DNA of 64,000 nucleotides from an uncultured bacterium. GTDB taxonomy: Bacteria; Verrucomicrobiota; Verrucomicrobiia; Limisphaerales; UBA8199. Shown piece after piece: positions 51,183 through 61,126 of the stretch; positions within the stretch are counted from its first letter, which is position 1; every line of letters begins with the position of its first letter. The position numbers were made by a program, and so were the translations under genes. The stretch spans positions 64,001 to 128,000 of the forward strand of contig CAVVMW010000005.1 of NCBI GenBank assembly GCA_963749495.1, read 5' to 3'. The notes under the pieces were generated by a model. It was not told the DNA's origin. It saw only the letters and a list, made by a program, of their open reading frames with translations, and made no database searches.

Positions 51183-51474
51183 GGGGTCAGCGGCGAGCGA
51201 TCACCATGAACGGCCAGAATATGAAGCCTGAGGCGCCAATTCGCCTCGAAGGCGCGACGGGGGCCTGGGTGCAGAAGCCCAGGCGGGCGGAATGGCTGGC
51301 GGCGATGGTCATGCTGCTGGCAAGACTTGCCGCTTGACACTCGCGTCGTCGTCCGGCAGCATGGGCCAGAATGAGCGAGTTGCAGAACCAGTTCTCCCTC
51401 ACCCGCGCAGCTTCAAGAAACCAGCGGCACGTCAATAAACAAATTCCTATCAGACCTCATGCCCCATACGCCCC

Positions 51475-52701
51475 ATGGGGTTCTGCAAGGGATTCAACGT
51501 GGTCAGGTCGGCAAGGGCGCGTCTGACGATGATTGGGTTGGCGGAGCTGGGCTATGGGACCAGTTTGGCCTCGCGCTCTGCGCGGCCGGATGTGGTGGCG
51601 ATGGTCGTGCTGCTGCTGCTCTTCCTGGCCTTCGGCCTCGAGGAGCGGCGCCGGCGGCGATGGGTCCTGCTGGGCCTGGCAGCGATCGCCCCCTGGGTCG
51701 GTCTGCAGGTGGCGCTCGACGCCGTGCTAGTCTGTTTCCTGGGCTGTGTTGTGTACGAACAAGTCCGGCTCGGCAACCTGCTATGCATCGGTCTGGGCGC
51801 GTTGGCAGGCGGGGGTTTGCTGGCCGCCTTCCTGGCCCGGCAGGACGCCCTGGCCCACTTCCAAGCATTTGTCAAGGCCGGCACGCAGGCCGCCGGCTTC
51901 AGGCAACTGGGCGACGCGCTCGCTAGTTACTTCAAGGATCTGAGTTGCGTTCCGCTGATTGTCGCGTTGGGATGCCTGGTCGCGCTGCGAGCCGGCCCCT
52001 TGCCCTGCCAGAGCCGGCGAATCCTCCTGCTGACTGCGCTGGTTTATCTGGCAGTCCCAATCGTTTTCAGCCTGTCGGGTCACTTCCGCGCCTATTATGG
52101 CTATCTCATCTGTCTGCCCTTGCTGCTAGCCTTTGGCCACGCTGATTCAGAGAGTTTGGGCAGCCAATCTTCGCGACATCGCGCTCTGGCCCGGTTGGTG
52201 CTGGTGGGCGCCGCCGCAGCCGCCGTCGGCCTCGGGCTGCCCCTGAGGCTCCTGCTGACCGCCGCTTTCTGCGAGGTGACACCCCGGGCCCAACTGATGA
52301 AGGTGGTGGCTTCCCGCGTCCATCCCGGCGATGTCGTCTTTTCCGAGTATTGCACTTTCTTCGAAGCAAAAAGGATCACACCGCAGGTCTATGTCCCGTT
52401 TTCAGCCCGGGGCCTCGGCTTAATCTCGAACTCGGGGTTAGAGCTGACGCCCAAACAAAGGGAGCAAATCAGCGTGATGATTGTCAGTCCTGGCCGAAAG
52501 GACCCGACCGCCCGCTATTTCGGGGGCGATTGGGTGGCCGTTACCGAGCCTTTCGGCGATTCAGTCGCCTTGGGCAAGTGGCCCCGTATCCCGGTGCTGG
52601 GCCGCTGTCTGCAAACTCTCTTCAGTCATGCGCCCGCCGCGCGGTTCAAGGTGCAGATATTCCGCAGAACGCCCGATGGCAGATCGGCAGATCCATCATA
52701 A
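51475..52701 (+). CDS. Polytopic membrane protein (possibly GT-C-like), 5' region apparently degraded
   Basis: Multiple hydrophobic helices and an RPD motif; a possible original N-terminus at 51206-51337 ends in an early stop. Confidence 0.5.
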   Translation: MGFCKGFNVVRSARARLTMIGLAELGYGTSLASRSARPDVVAMVVLLLLFLAFGLEERRRRRWVLLGLAAIAPWVGLQVALDAVLVCFLGCVVYEQVRLGNLLCIGLGALAGGGLLAAFLARQDALAHFQAFVKAGTQAAGFRQLGDALASYFKDLSCVPLIVALGCLVALRAGPLPCQSRRILLLTALVYLAVPIVFSLSGHFRAYYGYLICLPLLLAFGHADSESLGSQSSRHRALARLVLVGAAAAAVGLGLPLRLLLTAAFCEVTPRAQLMKVVASRVHPGDVVFSEYCTFFEAKRITPQVYVPFSARGLGLISNSGLELTPKQREQISVMIVSPGRKDPTARYFGGDWVAVTEPFGDSVALGKWPRIPVLGRCLQTLFSHAPAARFKVQIFRRTPDGRSADPS

Positions 52702-52724
52702 GCAGAAATCAAAATAACTCATGT

Positions 52725-55085
52725 ATGAAGACGAAAAAGGCAAACGCCTGTCAGTTAACGGGGAAGAACCCCGCTTGGTGGTTGGCCGTGGCAGCCGGCA
52801 CGGCGCTGTCATTCATCTGGGCGGGCCTCGCGCCAGCCCGAGGCCAAACGGCTATCTACCTCGACCCGAAGCGGCCGATCGAGGAGCGGCTCGACAACCT
52901 GATGGGCCGGATGACGCTCAAGGAAAAAGTCGGGCAGCTCAACTTGCCTTGCGTTTATGTCAACGACCTGGGCACAGACATTCCCTCAAAGATGGAGGCA
53001 TGCAGGAAATTCACGGCTGGAACCTATACCCAGGAAATCGGTCCCGCGTGCGGGTTTTTCACCCTCGCCAATGAGATCCTCCACGAAGGCGCCCGCCAGC
53101 AGGCGCAATACTTCAACGAACTGCAGAAAATCGCGCTCACCCGGACGCGCCTGAAGATACCGGTGATGGAGGATGAAGAGGGCACGCATGGGGCCATGTT
53201 TCCGGGCGGCACGGTTTTCCCGGAGGGCCTGGCCGTGGGCAGTTCCTTCGACTTGGATTTGGTGAGGGCCATCTACGCGGCGGCCGCGGCGGAGGCTCGA
53301 GCGGTCGGCATCCACATGCTCTCGACTCTGGTGATGGAGGTGCTTCGCGACCCGCGCATGGGGCGCAACGAGGAGGCCTACACGGAGGACCCCTACCTTT
53401 ATATGCGCATCGGCGAGGCCATCGTGCGGGCAACGCAGGGCTCCGACATCTCGGCCCCGGACAAGGTCATCGCGGTGCTGACGGATTTTCCCACGCAGAG
53501 CGAACCGGCCAGCGGCCTGGAGCGCGGAGCCATCGAGGTCTCGGACCGTTGCTTGCGCGAGAGCTTCATGCCGCCCTGGATCGGGGCGATCACCAAAGCC
53601 GGGGGCCTGGGCGTGATGGCCGGTTACCCGGAAGTCGAGGACGTGCCGGCGCACGCCTCGGTGAAGTGGATGAACGACGTGCTGCGGCAGGAAATCGGTT
53701 TCAAAGGAATCGTCGAGAGCGAGGGCGGCGGCTTCGGGACCTTGCTCTATGAGCACATCGTTCCCACCCAAAAGGAAGCCGGGCTGCTGGGCTTGAGGGC
53801 CGGAGTCGATTTGAATATCACTTACGAGCCTGCCTACATGGGGCCCTTGGTCCAGAGCGTGGAAGAGGGGCGAGTCCCCATGGCGCTGGTGGATCGCGCG
53901 CTGCGCAGGGTCCTGGAGCAGAAGTTCCGCCTGGGCCTCTTCGAGAATCCCTACGTCAACGTGGACCACGCCGTCCAGGTCGTACACTCGCAAGCGAACC
54001 AGGACCTGGCCCTGCGCGCGGGCCGCGAGGGGATCGTGCTGCTGAAAAACGACCGGGCCCTGCTGCCGCTCAAGAAGGACTTGAAATCGGTGGCGGTGAT
54101 CGGCCCCAACGCCGATGACGTTATGAACCAACTCGGTGACTATTCGCCCAAAAAAGTCTTGCAGCATGTGACGACGATCATCGAGGGGATCAAGGCCGCG
54201 GTCTCGCCCCAAACCCAGGTCATCCAGGCGCGCGGCTGCGAAATCACGGGCACGGACAAGAACGGGTTGGCCGAAGCCGTGCGCGCTGCCAAGGGGGCCG
54301 ACGCCGCCATCGTGGTGGTGGGCGAGAGCCAGCATGGCCGGCGCACCGACGGGGAAGGGCACGATGTGGCGAGCCTCGACCTGTCCGGAGCGCAGGAGGA
54401 CCTGATCCGGGCGGTCTTCGAGACGGGCACGCCCACCGTCGTGGTGCTGATCAACGGCCGGCCGCTTTCCACGCGCTGGACCTCCGAACACGTGCCCGCC
54501 CTCGTGGAGGCCTGGGAACCCGGAGAGCGCGGCGGCCAGGCCGTGGCCGACGTCCTCTTTGGCAACTACAATCCCACCGGCCGGCTGGCCATCTCTGTTC
54601 CCCGGCACTCCGGCCAATTGCCGGTCTATTACAATTACAAGCCATCCAAGGCGGAGTGGGTGCAGCGGGGCTACGCCGATATGCCGGCGACGCCCCTCTA
54701 CCCCTTCGGTTATGGCCTGAGTTTCACCAGGTTCGAGTACAGTGATTTGCGCGTTGAACCGCAGGCCATCCATCCCGGCGGCGAGGCCCGCGTAACCCTC
54801 AACGTCAAGAACCTGGGCGACCGGCCAGGCACCGAGACGGTCCAACTCTACCTCCACGAGACTTACGCCCCGGTTTCAACCCCGGTCAAGCAACTCCGCG
54901 GATTTGAGCAAGTGGCGCTCAACCCAGGAGAGACCAAAACCGTAACGCTGAGGCTTACGCCGGAAGATCTCCAGTTGCTCGACATCAACCTGCGCTGGAG
55001 GGTCGTGCCTGGCGATTTTGAGATCATGGTGGGCAAGTCCTCGGCTGAAATAGTTCTCCACGCGAAGCTGAAGGTAAACCCGTAA
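52725..55085 (+). CDS. Glycoside hydrolase family 3 with atypical active-site motifs
   Basis: MTLKEKVGQL, RDPRMGRNEE..EDP, IVLLKN, VIGPNAD, GEGHD, YPFGYGLS, Fn3-like C-terminus. Confidence 0.93.
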   Translation: MKTKKANACQLTGKNPAWWLAVAAGTALSFIWAGLAPARGQTAIYLDPKRPIEERLDNLMGRMTLKEKVGQLNLPCVYVNDLGTDIPSKMEACRKFTAGTYTQEIGPACGFFTLANEILHEGARQQAQYFNELQKIALTRTRLKIPVMEDEEGTHGAMFPGGTVFPEGLAVGSSFDLDLVRAIYAAAAAEARAVGIHMLSTLVMEVLRDPRMGRNEEAYTEDPYLYMRIGEAIVRATQGSDISAPDKVIAVLTDFPTQSEPASGLERGAIEVSDRCLRESFMPPWIGAITKAGGLGVMAGYPEVEDVPAHASVKWMNDVLRQEIGFKGIVESEGGGFGTLLYEHIVPTQKEAGLLGLRAGVDLNITYEPAYMGPLVQSVEEGRVPMALVDRALRRVLEQKFRLGLFENPYVNVDHAVQVVHSQANQDLALRAGREGIVLLKNDRALLPLKKDLKSVAVIGPNADDVMNQLGDYSPKKVLQHVTTIIEGIKAAVSPQTQVIQARGCEITGTDKNGLAEAVRAAKGADAAIVVVGESQHGRRTDGEGHDVASLDLSGAQEDLIRAVFETGTPTVVVLINGRPLSTRWTSEHVPALVEAWEPGERGGQAVADVLFGNYNPTGRLAISVPRHSGQLPVYYNYKPSKAEWVQRGYADMPATPLYPFGYGLSFTRFEYSDLRVEPQAIHPGGEARVTLNVKNLGDRPGTETVQLYLHETYAPVSTPVKQLRGFEQVALNPGETKTVTLRLTPEDLQLLDINLRWRVVPGDFEIMVGKSSAEIVLHAKLKVNP

Positions 55086-55576
55086 CGGAGCGTTATTGGG
55101 CGCCCGGGCGTATCTGGCCCGTACCAGCACCGCGGAGAGAGCCGCGGGTCGCCATCTCAGCAGCCCGAAGGGCTCTTGATCACTCAGCCCAGGGTTGCGC
55201 GGCACACGCTACCCTGGGTGTCAGGCCACCAAACGCTCAAACCCTGGGCTGAGTGATTCCGATCCCTTCGGGATGGATCGGGTATGCCGGCGTTGGGCCT
55301 GAGTGTTCATGCCGTGGTGGTACCGGCCAGATGCGCCCCGGTTGACCCCTCACCCTCACCCTTCCGCCTTCGGAAGGAGAGGGTCGGGGTGAGGGGTCCT
55401 GCACCGGACTTTGTACGACTTTGGTGCCTTTGTCGCGGCCTTTGTCGCGGCCTTTGTCGCAGCCTTTGTCGGATTGGACCGGTTTTCGACAAAGGTTGCG
55501 ACAAAGGTCGTGAAAGCCACTCCAAGGCTGGCGCAGTGGGGGGTGAGGAATCCCCCCCGCCGTCTCGCTCCCAGCT

Positions 55577-57058
55577 TCACTGAGGCCTTACAACGGAGCC
55601 CATTCTCTCGAAGTCAATGTATCCCTTGTCCACGTCCACTGCGATCAGGCGCACGCGCACTTTATCGCCCACGTCGATTCCGGGCGCGCCTCGAACGACC
55701 CGCCCTTCGGCGGGGAAGCTCAGGAGGCGCACATAGGTGCCCTTGGGGGCGGCGCCGGTGACCAGGCCGTCGAACACTTCGCCAACCCGCGGGGCGAGGA
55801 GGCTGGCAGCCACCACCTTGCGCATAAGGCGCTCGACTTTTCTGGCGGCATCCTCGCGTTCGGTGCAACGGGCGGCGACGGCGCTCAGTTCGGCCTCCGA
55901 GTAGGGCGCGGCGACCCCCGCCGTGGCGGCCAGGAGCAATCGTTGCGTGGCCAGGTCGGCATAGCGGCGGTTGGGCGCAGTCGAATGGGTATAATCGGTG
56001 ACGGCCAGGCCGAAGTGGCCTTCCTTTTCCAGGCCGGGAGACTCGACGATGTATTCTCCCGGGCCCAGCAGCTTGATGATGGAGAGCGAGAGGTTGGGGA
56101 AATGGGCAGGGTCGGCGGCCTGCCGTTGCTCCAGGAATTGGGCGAGGGCCCGGGGGTCCGCAACGGTGGGCAGGTGGACCCCGAACTGAGCGGCGATGGC
56201 CTGGAGGCGGTCCCAGCGGCGCGGGGTGCGAACCACCCGCCGGAGCGAGAGGGTATTGCTGGCTTTGAGATAGCGCGCGATGGCGACGTTGGCGGTCACC
56301 ATGAAATTCTCGATGATGTCCTCGGCGGCATTGTGCTCTCTGAGGGCCAGGCCCTTTACAGCGCCATCTTCCAGGACAGGCACCGGTTCGAAGGAGCTGA
56401 AAGCCAGAGCACCCTGTTGCTTGCGGCACGCGCCCAGCAACTCCGAGGTCTCCCGCTGGAGACGGAGCTGCGCCTCCATTCCGGGCACCCTCGAGATGGC
56501 TGGCGGCAGGGGGCCGCGCCCTTCCAGCCAGGCCCCGGTCGCATTGTAGGTCAGCTTGGCACAGTTGCGAATCCAGGCGCGATAGACCTCGCAACCGATC
56601 AGTTCGCCGGAGCTTTGCACCTGCGCCTCGATGACCACCGAGAGCCGGTCCTGGCCGTCGAGCAACGAAGTTAGATCGTTGGAAAGCTCGAAAGGCAGCA
56701 TCGGAAAGGTCGCCACGCCCGCATAGACCGAGACGGTTTGTGCCCCAGCCTGCCGGTCCGTGGCCGAACCCTGGGGGGCCGCAGAGGCGACCTCGGCAAT
56801 CCCCACCAGCAGACGGGTGGACCCGTCCCCGAGCTGTTCCACAAATTCCACCTGGTCCAGGTCACGCGAGGTGTCGTTGTCGATCGAGGACCACGCCACC
56901 GAACGCATGTCGCGCAGACCCGGCTCGGGGCCCGGCGGCGGACGGCGCCGAAACCTTTGCACCTCCTGGACAACTTCCGCCGGAAAGTCCGGTCGGAATC
57001 CGGCCTCGAGTACCGCCCGCCGCGCCCGGGCGTGCAAGTCAATTGGGACATTCGACAT
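55577..57058 (-). CDS. RNB-domain exoribonuclease (RNase II/R family, short form)
   Basis: SIDNDTSRDLDQ, IIENFMV.AN, HFGLAV..YTHSTAPNRRYADL, S1-like C-terminus. Confidence 0.9.
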   Translation of the reverse strand: MSNVPIDLHARARRAVLEAGFRPDFPAEVVQEVQRFRRRPPPGPEPGLRDMRSVAWSSIDNDTSRDLDQVEFVEQLGDGSTRLLVGIAEVASAAPQGSATDRQAGAQTVSVYAGVATFPMLPFELSNDLTSLLDGQDRLSVVIEAQVQSSGELIGCEVYRAWIRNCAKLTYNATGAWLEGRGPLPPAISRVPGMEAQLRLQRETSELLGACRKQQGALAFSSFEPVPVLEDGAVKGLALREHNAAEDIIENFMVTANVAIARYLKASNTLSLRRVVRTPRRWDRLQAIAAQFGVHLPTVADPRALAQFLEQRQAADPAHFPNLSLSIIKLLGPGEYIVESPGLEKEGHFGLAVTDYTHSTAPNRRYADLATQRLLLAATAGVAAPYSEAELSAVAARCTEREDAARKVERLMRKVVAASLLAPRVGEVFDGLVTGAAPKGTYVRLLSFPAEGRVVRGAPGIDVGDKVRVRLIAVDVDKGYIDFERMGSVVRPQ

Positions 57059-57365
57059 GCGCCAGGATACGACCCAGGGCAGCGCAGGCGCAAGCCGAGC
57101 GTGGGGGGAGCGTGACAGGACCGAGCGCGTGAGACAGAATTCTTCTTGGACCTCCAGATCGAAGGTCCCAGATCCGATCTGGGCCTTCGATCCTTCGTTT
57201 CCTTCGTTTCCTTCCGTTCTTTCCCTGCGTCCCGCCGGCTGGGCACAGGAACAGAACACAAGGAAACGAAGGAAACGAACAGGCGGCCTGACAGCGACCG
57301 CGGGGTGAAAAAAAAGGCCACTGCGCAACTGCACAGTGGCCGAACGACCAGCTTGGCCTGAAAAA

Positions 57366-57818
57366 CTACTGCTGGTTGGCGCCGCCGCCACCACCGCCTC
57401 GGCGCCCGCCGCGGCCGCCGCCGAAGCCGCCGCCGAACAAAGTGAAGTAACCGATCATCGCGTTTTCCTTCATCTGGGCCTTTTGGTCGTCGGTCAGCTT
57501 GACGGTGCTCTTCACCGCCTTGTAATTCACCATTGCCATCTTGGCCTGAAGCTTGGCCACAGCCTCGACCTTTGCCGCGACGTCCGACTCGCTCGCGTTT
57601 TCGGCCAAGGCGGCCTGGACGGCCGCCTTCTGCGCCGCCTGCAGGTCAGTCCGCAATTGGGTCATTTGGTCGCGAGTGGCGTCCGTGACGGCCCTCCGGT
57701 CTTCCTGAGAGAGGATTTGGGCCCGGCCACCGCCGGCGGGTTGAGCGGCGGCGGTGAGTGCGCTCCCACAGAGGAGGCCCGCGGCCGCTAACGTATAAAT
57801 GAGAGTCCTTGTCTTCAT
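57366..57818 (-). CDS. Small exported helical protein with Gly/Arg-rich tail
   Basis: Signal peptide, helical body with LTDDQK (Spy/CpxP-like). Confidence 0.7.
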   Translation of the reverse strand: MKTRTLIYTLAAAGLLCGSALTAAAQPAGGGRAQILSQEDRRAVTDATRDQMTQLRTDLQAAQKAAVQAALAENASESDVAAKVEAVAKLQAKMAMVNYKAVKSTVKLTDDQKAQMKENAMIGYFTLFGGGFGGGRGGRRGGGGGGANQQ

Positions 57819-58194
57819 ATCCTAAGTCTTGATGCTGCTTGTTGGTTGATCATTGTTTCACCGTCAAGCCCTGGCGCCGAAACCGCCTGTGACTCAATCT
57901 CTGCCGCACTCGGTTCGCCCGCCTGGGCTTGGCACGGTCTTGCGACAAGTCCACAGACGCTGCCGCCTGCACGAAGGTTACGATTAACGATTCGGCCGAA
58001 ATTCAAGGCCGGACCCTGTCCCTCACCCCCTGGGGTAAACACCCCATTCACGAACCCTATGGCCTCCTCTACCCTTCCAGCACTGGCGTCTGGGCGCCTT
58101 CTTCAGAGGGATTCCTCATCCCCAACTCTCCTTCGCGTCCGGGCGCCGAGGTTTCCCGGGCAAGCTCCGAAGGGGAAATCCAATGAGCGCCGGC

Positions 58195-58647
58195 TCAAGG
58201 CCGCGGGGCGCAATGCCGGTTAAACCGCTCGTCCAGCCAGCACTTGCGCACGTCGTCGAGCAGGCGCACGAAATCCTCGAAGCTGTGCGGTTTGACCCGG
58301 TAGTCATACACGCCCAATTGGCGGGAGCGATCGATGTCCGATTGCAGTTTCGAGGAGGTCAGCACGACCACGGGGAGGGTATCGAATTGGGATTGAGTGC
58401 GCAGCCAGGCCAGGACGTCGAAGCCGTCCATCCAGGGCATCTTCAAGTCCAGAAGCATCAGGCCGGGCAGGGGGAATTTCGAGCGATCGCTGTAGCCGCC
58501 CGCCCCCGAGAGATAGTCAATCGCCTCCTGCCCGTTGTGTACGACAAACAACGGGTTGGGGATGTTGGCCCGGTCAAACGCGCGGCCCATCAGGAAGATG
58601 TCATTCTCGTCATCCTCCGCCAGCAAAATTGGAACATCGTTGAGCAT
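58195..58647 (-). CDS. Single-domain response regulator
   Basis: ILLAEDD, LLDLKMP.MDGFDVL, VVLTSS, KP. Confidence 0.92.
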   Translation of the reverse strand: MLNDVPILLAEDDENDIFLMGRAFDRANIPNPLFVVHNGQEAIDYLSGAGGYSDRSKFPLPGLMLLDLKMPWMDGFDVLAWLRTQSQFDTLPVVVLTSSKLQSDIDRSRQLGVYDYRVKPHSFEDFVRLLDDVRKCWLDERFNRHCAPRP

Positions 58648-59100
58648 TGTTTTTCAAACCCCGCTCGGAATGACTCGTCTGCGGGTCTTGGATTAAGTTG
58701 ATGCAATATGGCATAGCCCGCCAGCCAAAACAACTGCGCGTTGTGAGGCCTCAGCGAAGGCGGGAGCGGCACAGGGGCCGACCCCTCACCCCGGCCCCCT
58801 CGGTCCATGGTTCGGGGCGTGGGAATCATCCCGTGTCGCGTAGCGACGCTGTGAAGGTAGCCGTGGACCTCGGTCCACGGTTCAGGGCGTGGGAATGGTC
58901 ACGCGTCGCGTAGCGACGCCTGACAGCGTCGCCGTTTTCAGGCGTCGCTACGCGACGCGGTCGAGCTTGGGCCATGGGTCCGTGGACTGGAAGTCCACGG
59001 CTACCATCGGGCACCGCTACGCGGTGAGCCGGCGGCAATGACGCTCCCACCTTCACCGAGGCCTTACTGCACCTCGACCAGGCCGGGGCGATTGCGCAGA

Positions 59101-61126
59101 TCAGTTTTTGGGAACAGCCATGCCCGCGAACTCCTGGTGCAGCCGCGCATAGATCCCGCCCGCCTCCAAAAGCGCTCGGTGGGTCCCGCGCTCGACAATG
59201 CGGCCCTGGTCCAGGACCAGGACCAGGCCGGCCTTGCGAATAGTGCTCAGCCGATGAGCGACGACAAAGGCGGTACGCCCGCGCAGCAGGGCCTCCAGGG
59301 CCCGTTGCAGACGCGCCTCGGTCACCGTATCGATGGCGCTGGTCGCCTCGTCCAGCACGACAATCCGCGGGTCCGGCAGGAGCGCCCGGGCAAAGCAGAT
59401 CAATTGCCGCTGGCCCAGCGAGAGGGCGGCGCTCTTCTCCCCCACCTGCGTCTCCAGCCCCATCGGCAGGGCCTCGATCAAGTCCAGGCAATCCAGCGCC
59501 CGCAACGTCGCCCGGACCTCCTCCTGGCTCGCCTCGGGGCGCGCGAAGCGGATGTTGTCCGCTATCGAGCCTGAGAACAGGAAGTTGTTCTGCTGGACGG
59601 TCCCCATCCGGGCGTGGAGCGAGTCGCCGGCGACCTCGAGCAAGTCGCGCCCATCCACCAGCACCCGCCCGCCCGTGGGGAGATAAAACTTCTGGAGCAG
59701 GCCCACGACGGTCGTCTTGCCGCTGCCGGTGTGACCGACCAGGGCGACGGTCTGGCCCGGTTCGGCCACGAACGAGATGCCGCTCAGCACCGGCCGCCCC
59801 GGCTCGTAGGCGAAGGCGACGTTCCTGGAACTCGACCCGTCCGCGCAGCGCGCTCAGCGGCCGGGCGGCCGGGGCGTCCTCCCACTCCGGCCTAAGATCG
59901 ATGAGCCGGAAGAACCGCTCCCCGCCCGCCATGGCGGCCAGGGCCTGGTTATACTGGTTGCCGATGACCTGCACGGGATCGAAGAAGAAGTTGGCCAGGA
60001 AGAAAAACATCACCAGGTCCCCCGCCTCCATGTGCAGCCAGCCTTGCCAGCGGAGGGCGCCGTAGGCGCTGAGCAGCGCGGTGGCCCCCAGGAAAAGCTG
60101 GCTCTTCATCTGCAGCAGCGGGATGAACACCGCGCTGGCCCGCGCCACACCCACGTTGTTTTCCCCGTGCATATCCACAAGCTTGCGGAAAAACCCCGCG
60201 TTGATCTCCTGCCGCACGAAGGCCTGGGTGACGCGGATGCCCCCGACCGACTCGGCCAGGGTCGAGGTGAGCCGGCTCCAGGTCTCCTGGAGCTTGCGCA
60301 ACTGCCGGCTGACCTCGCGGCGGTAGCGTCCATTGACCACCCAGATGATCGGCACGAAGGCGAGCATGAGCGAGAAGAGCTTCCAGTTGTACCAGGCCAT
60401 CAGCCCGGCCGCGACGCTCATTTGCACCGCCTGGATCGTCACCACGAAGGCCACGTCCTGCACCGCCACGCGCACGTTGTCGATGTCCGAGGTCATCCGG
60501 CTGATGATGCGCCCGAATTTGGTCTTGTTGAAGAAGGACATCGGCAGGGTCGTCAGTTTGGCGAAGAGCGCCGAGCGCATGTCGTGGGCCACGGCCTCGC
60601 CCAACTCCAGTGCCAGGCGCTGTCGCAGGTGGAGCGTGACGACCATCATCAGCACCAGGACCAGGTAGGCCCCCGCGTGGACGTAAATGCCGTCCAGGTC
60701 CTGGCCCGCTATCGGCCCGTTGATGGTCTGGCCGATCATCCACGCCAGCGCCGGCAACTGAAGGCCCCGCAAGAACGTGAGCACGAACAGCCAGTTGCGC
60801 CGCGTCTTGTGTGGGCGCGTGTAGGTGAACAGGCGCCGGATCAGGTGCGCGCTCAGCGGCGCGCGATCCGCCTCCCGGTCTTCCATCGGCCGGAAATACG
60901 TGATGGACTCGCGCGGATTGCCGGGGGCAGCGCGCTGGCCGGCAGCGCGGGCATCCCCGCCGGCCTCACCCTGAGCCGACCCCGAACCCGCAAGGTTTTG
61001 GACTGCGGCAGTCCTCTGCCGCTTTCGCGCCCCCAGCCCCGACAAAGCGGCAGAGGACTGCCGCAGTCCAAAACGCTTCGCGGCTTCCGCCGCCATCTGC
61101 CAGAGGTTTGCCGCACTCCTATTCAT
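59101..61126 (-). CDS. ABC exporter TMD-NBD half-transporter B (frameshift near 59826)
   Basis: ABC membrane domain; GHTGSGKT, LSLGQRQ, VLDEATS, AHRLST; alternative start at MEDREAD ~60886. Confidence 0.9.

Larger units (their letters stand above)
49748..51195 (+). repeat. Tandem array R-DUF559-R-DUF559-R (634-bp period; R ~180 bp with 25-bp terminal inverted repeats)
   Basis: R at 49748-49927, 50383-50561 and 51017-51195; units nearly identical with a few substitutions. Confidence 0.92.

Noticed and set aside
49748..51195. CRISPR array
   Set aside because: Repeats are ~180 bp and the intervening sequences are near-identical coding DNA; no cas genes
1679..55509. 12-mer CCTTTGTCG arrays as CRISPR repeats or iterons
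   Set aside because: No unique spacers; they are dispersed palindromes, mostly after stop codons
57819..58190. Riboswitch or ncRNA in the long intergenic region
   Set aside because: No recognisable consensus by eye; an Rfam/Infernal search would be needed
577..61126. Mass pseudogenisation of BatB-like, ppk2, kdpE, ABC and other genes
   Set aside because: Mostly one single-base indel per gene, with intact motifs and no accumulated stops, which fits sequencing error better
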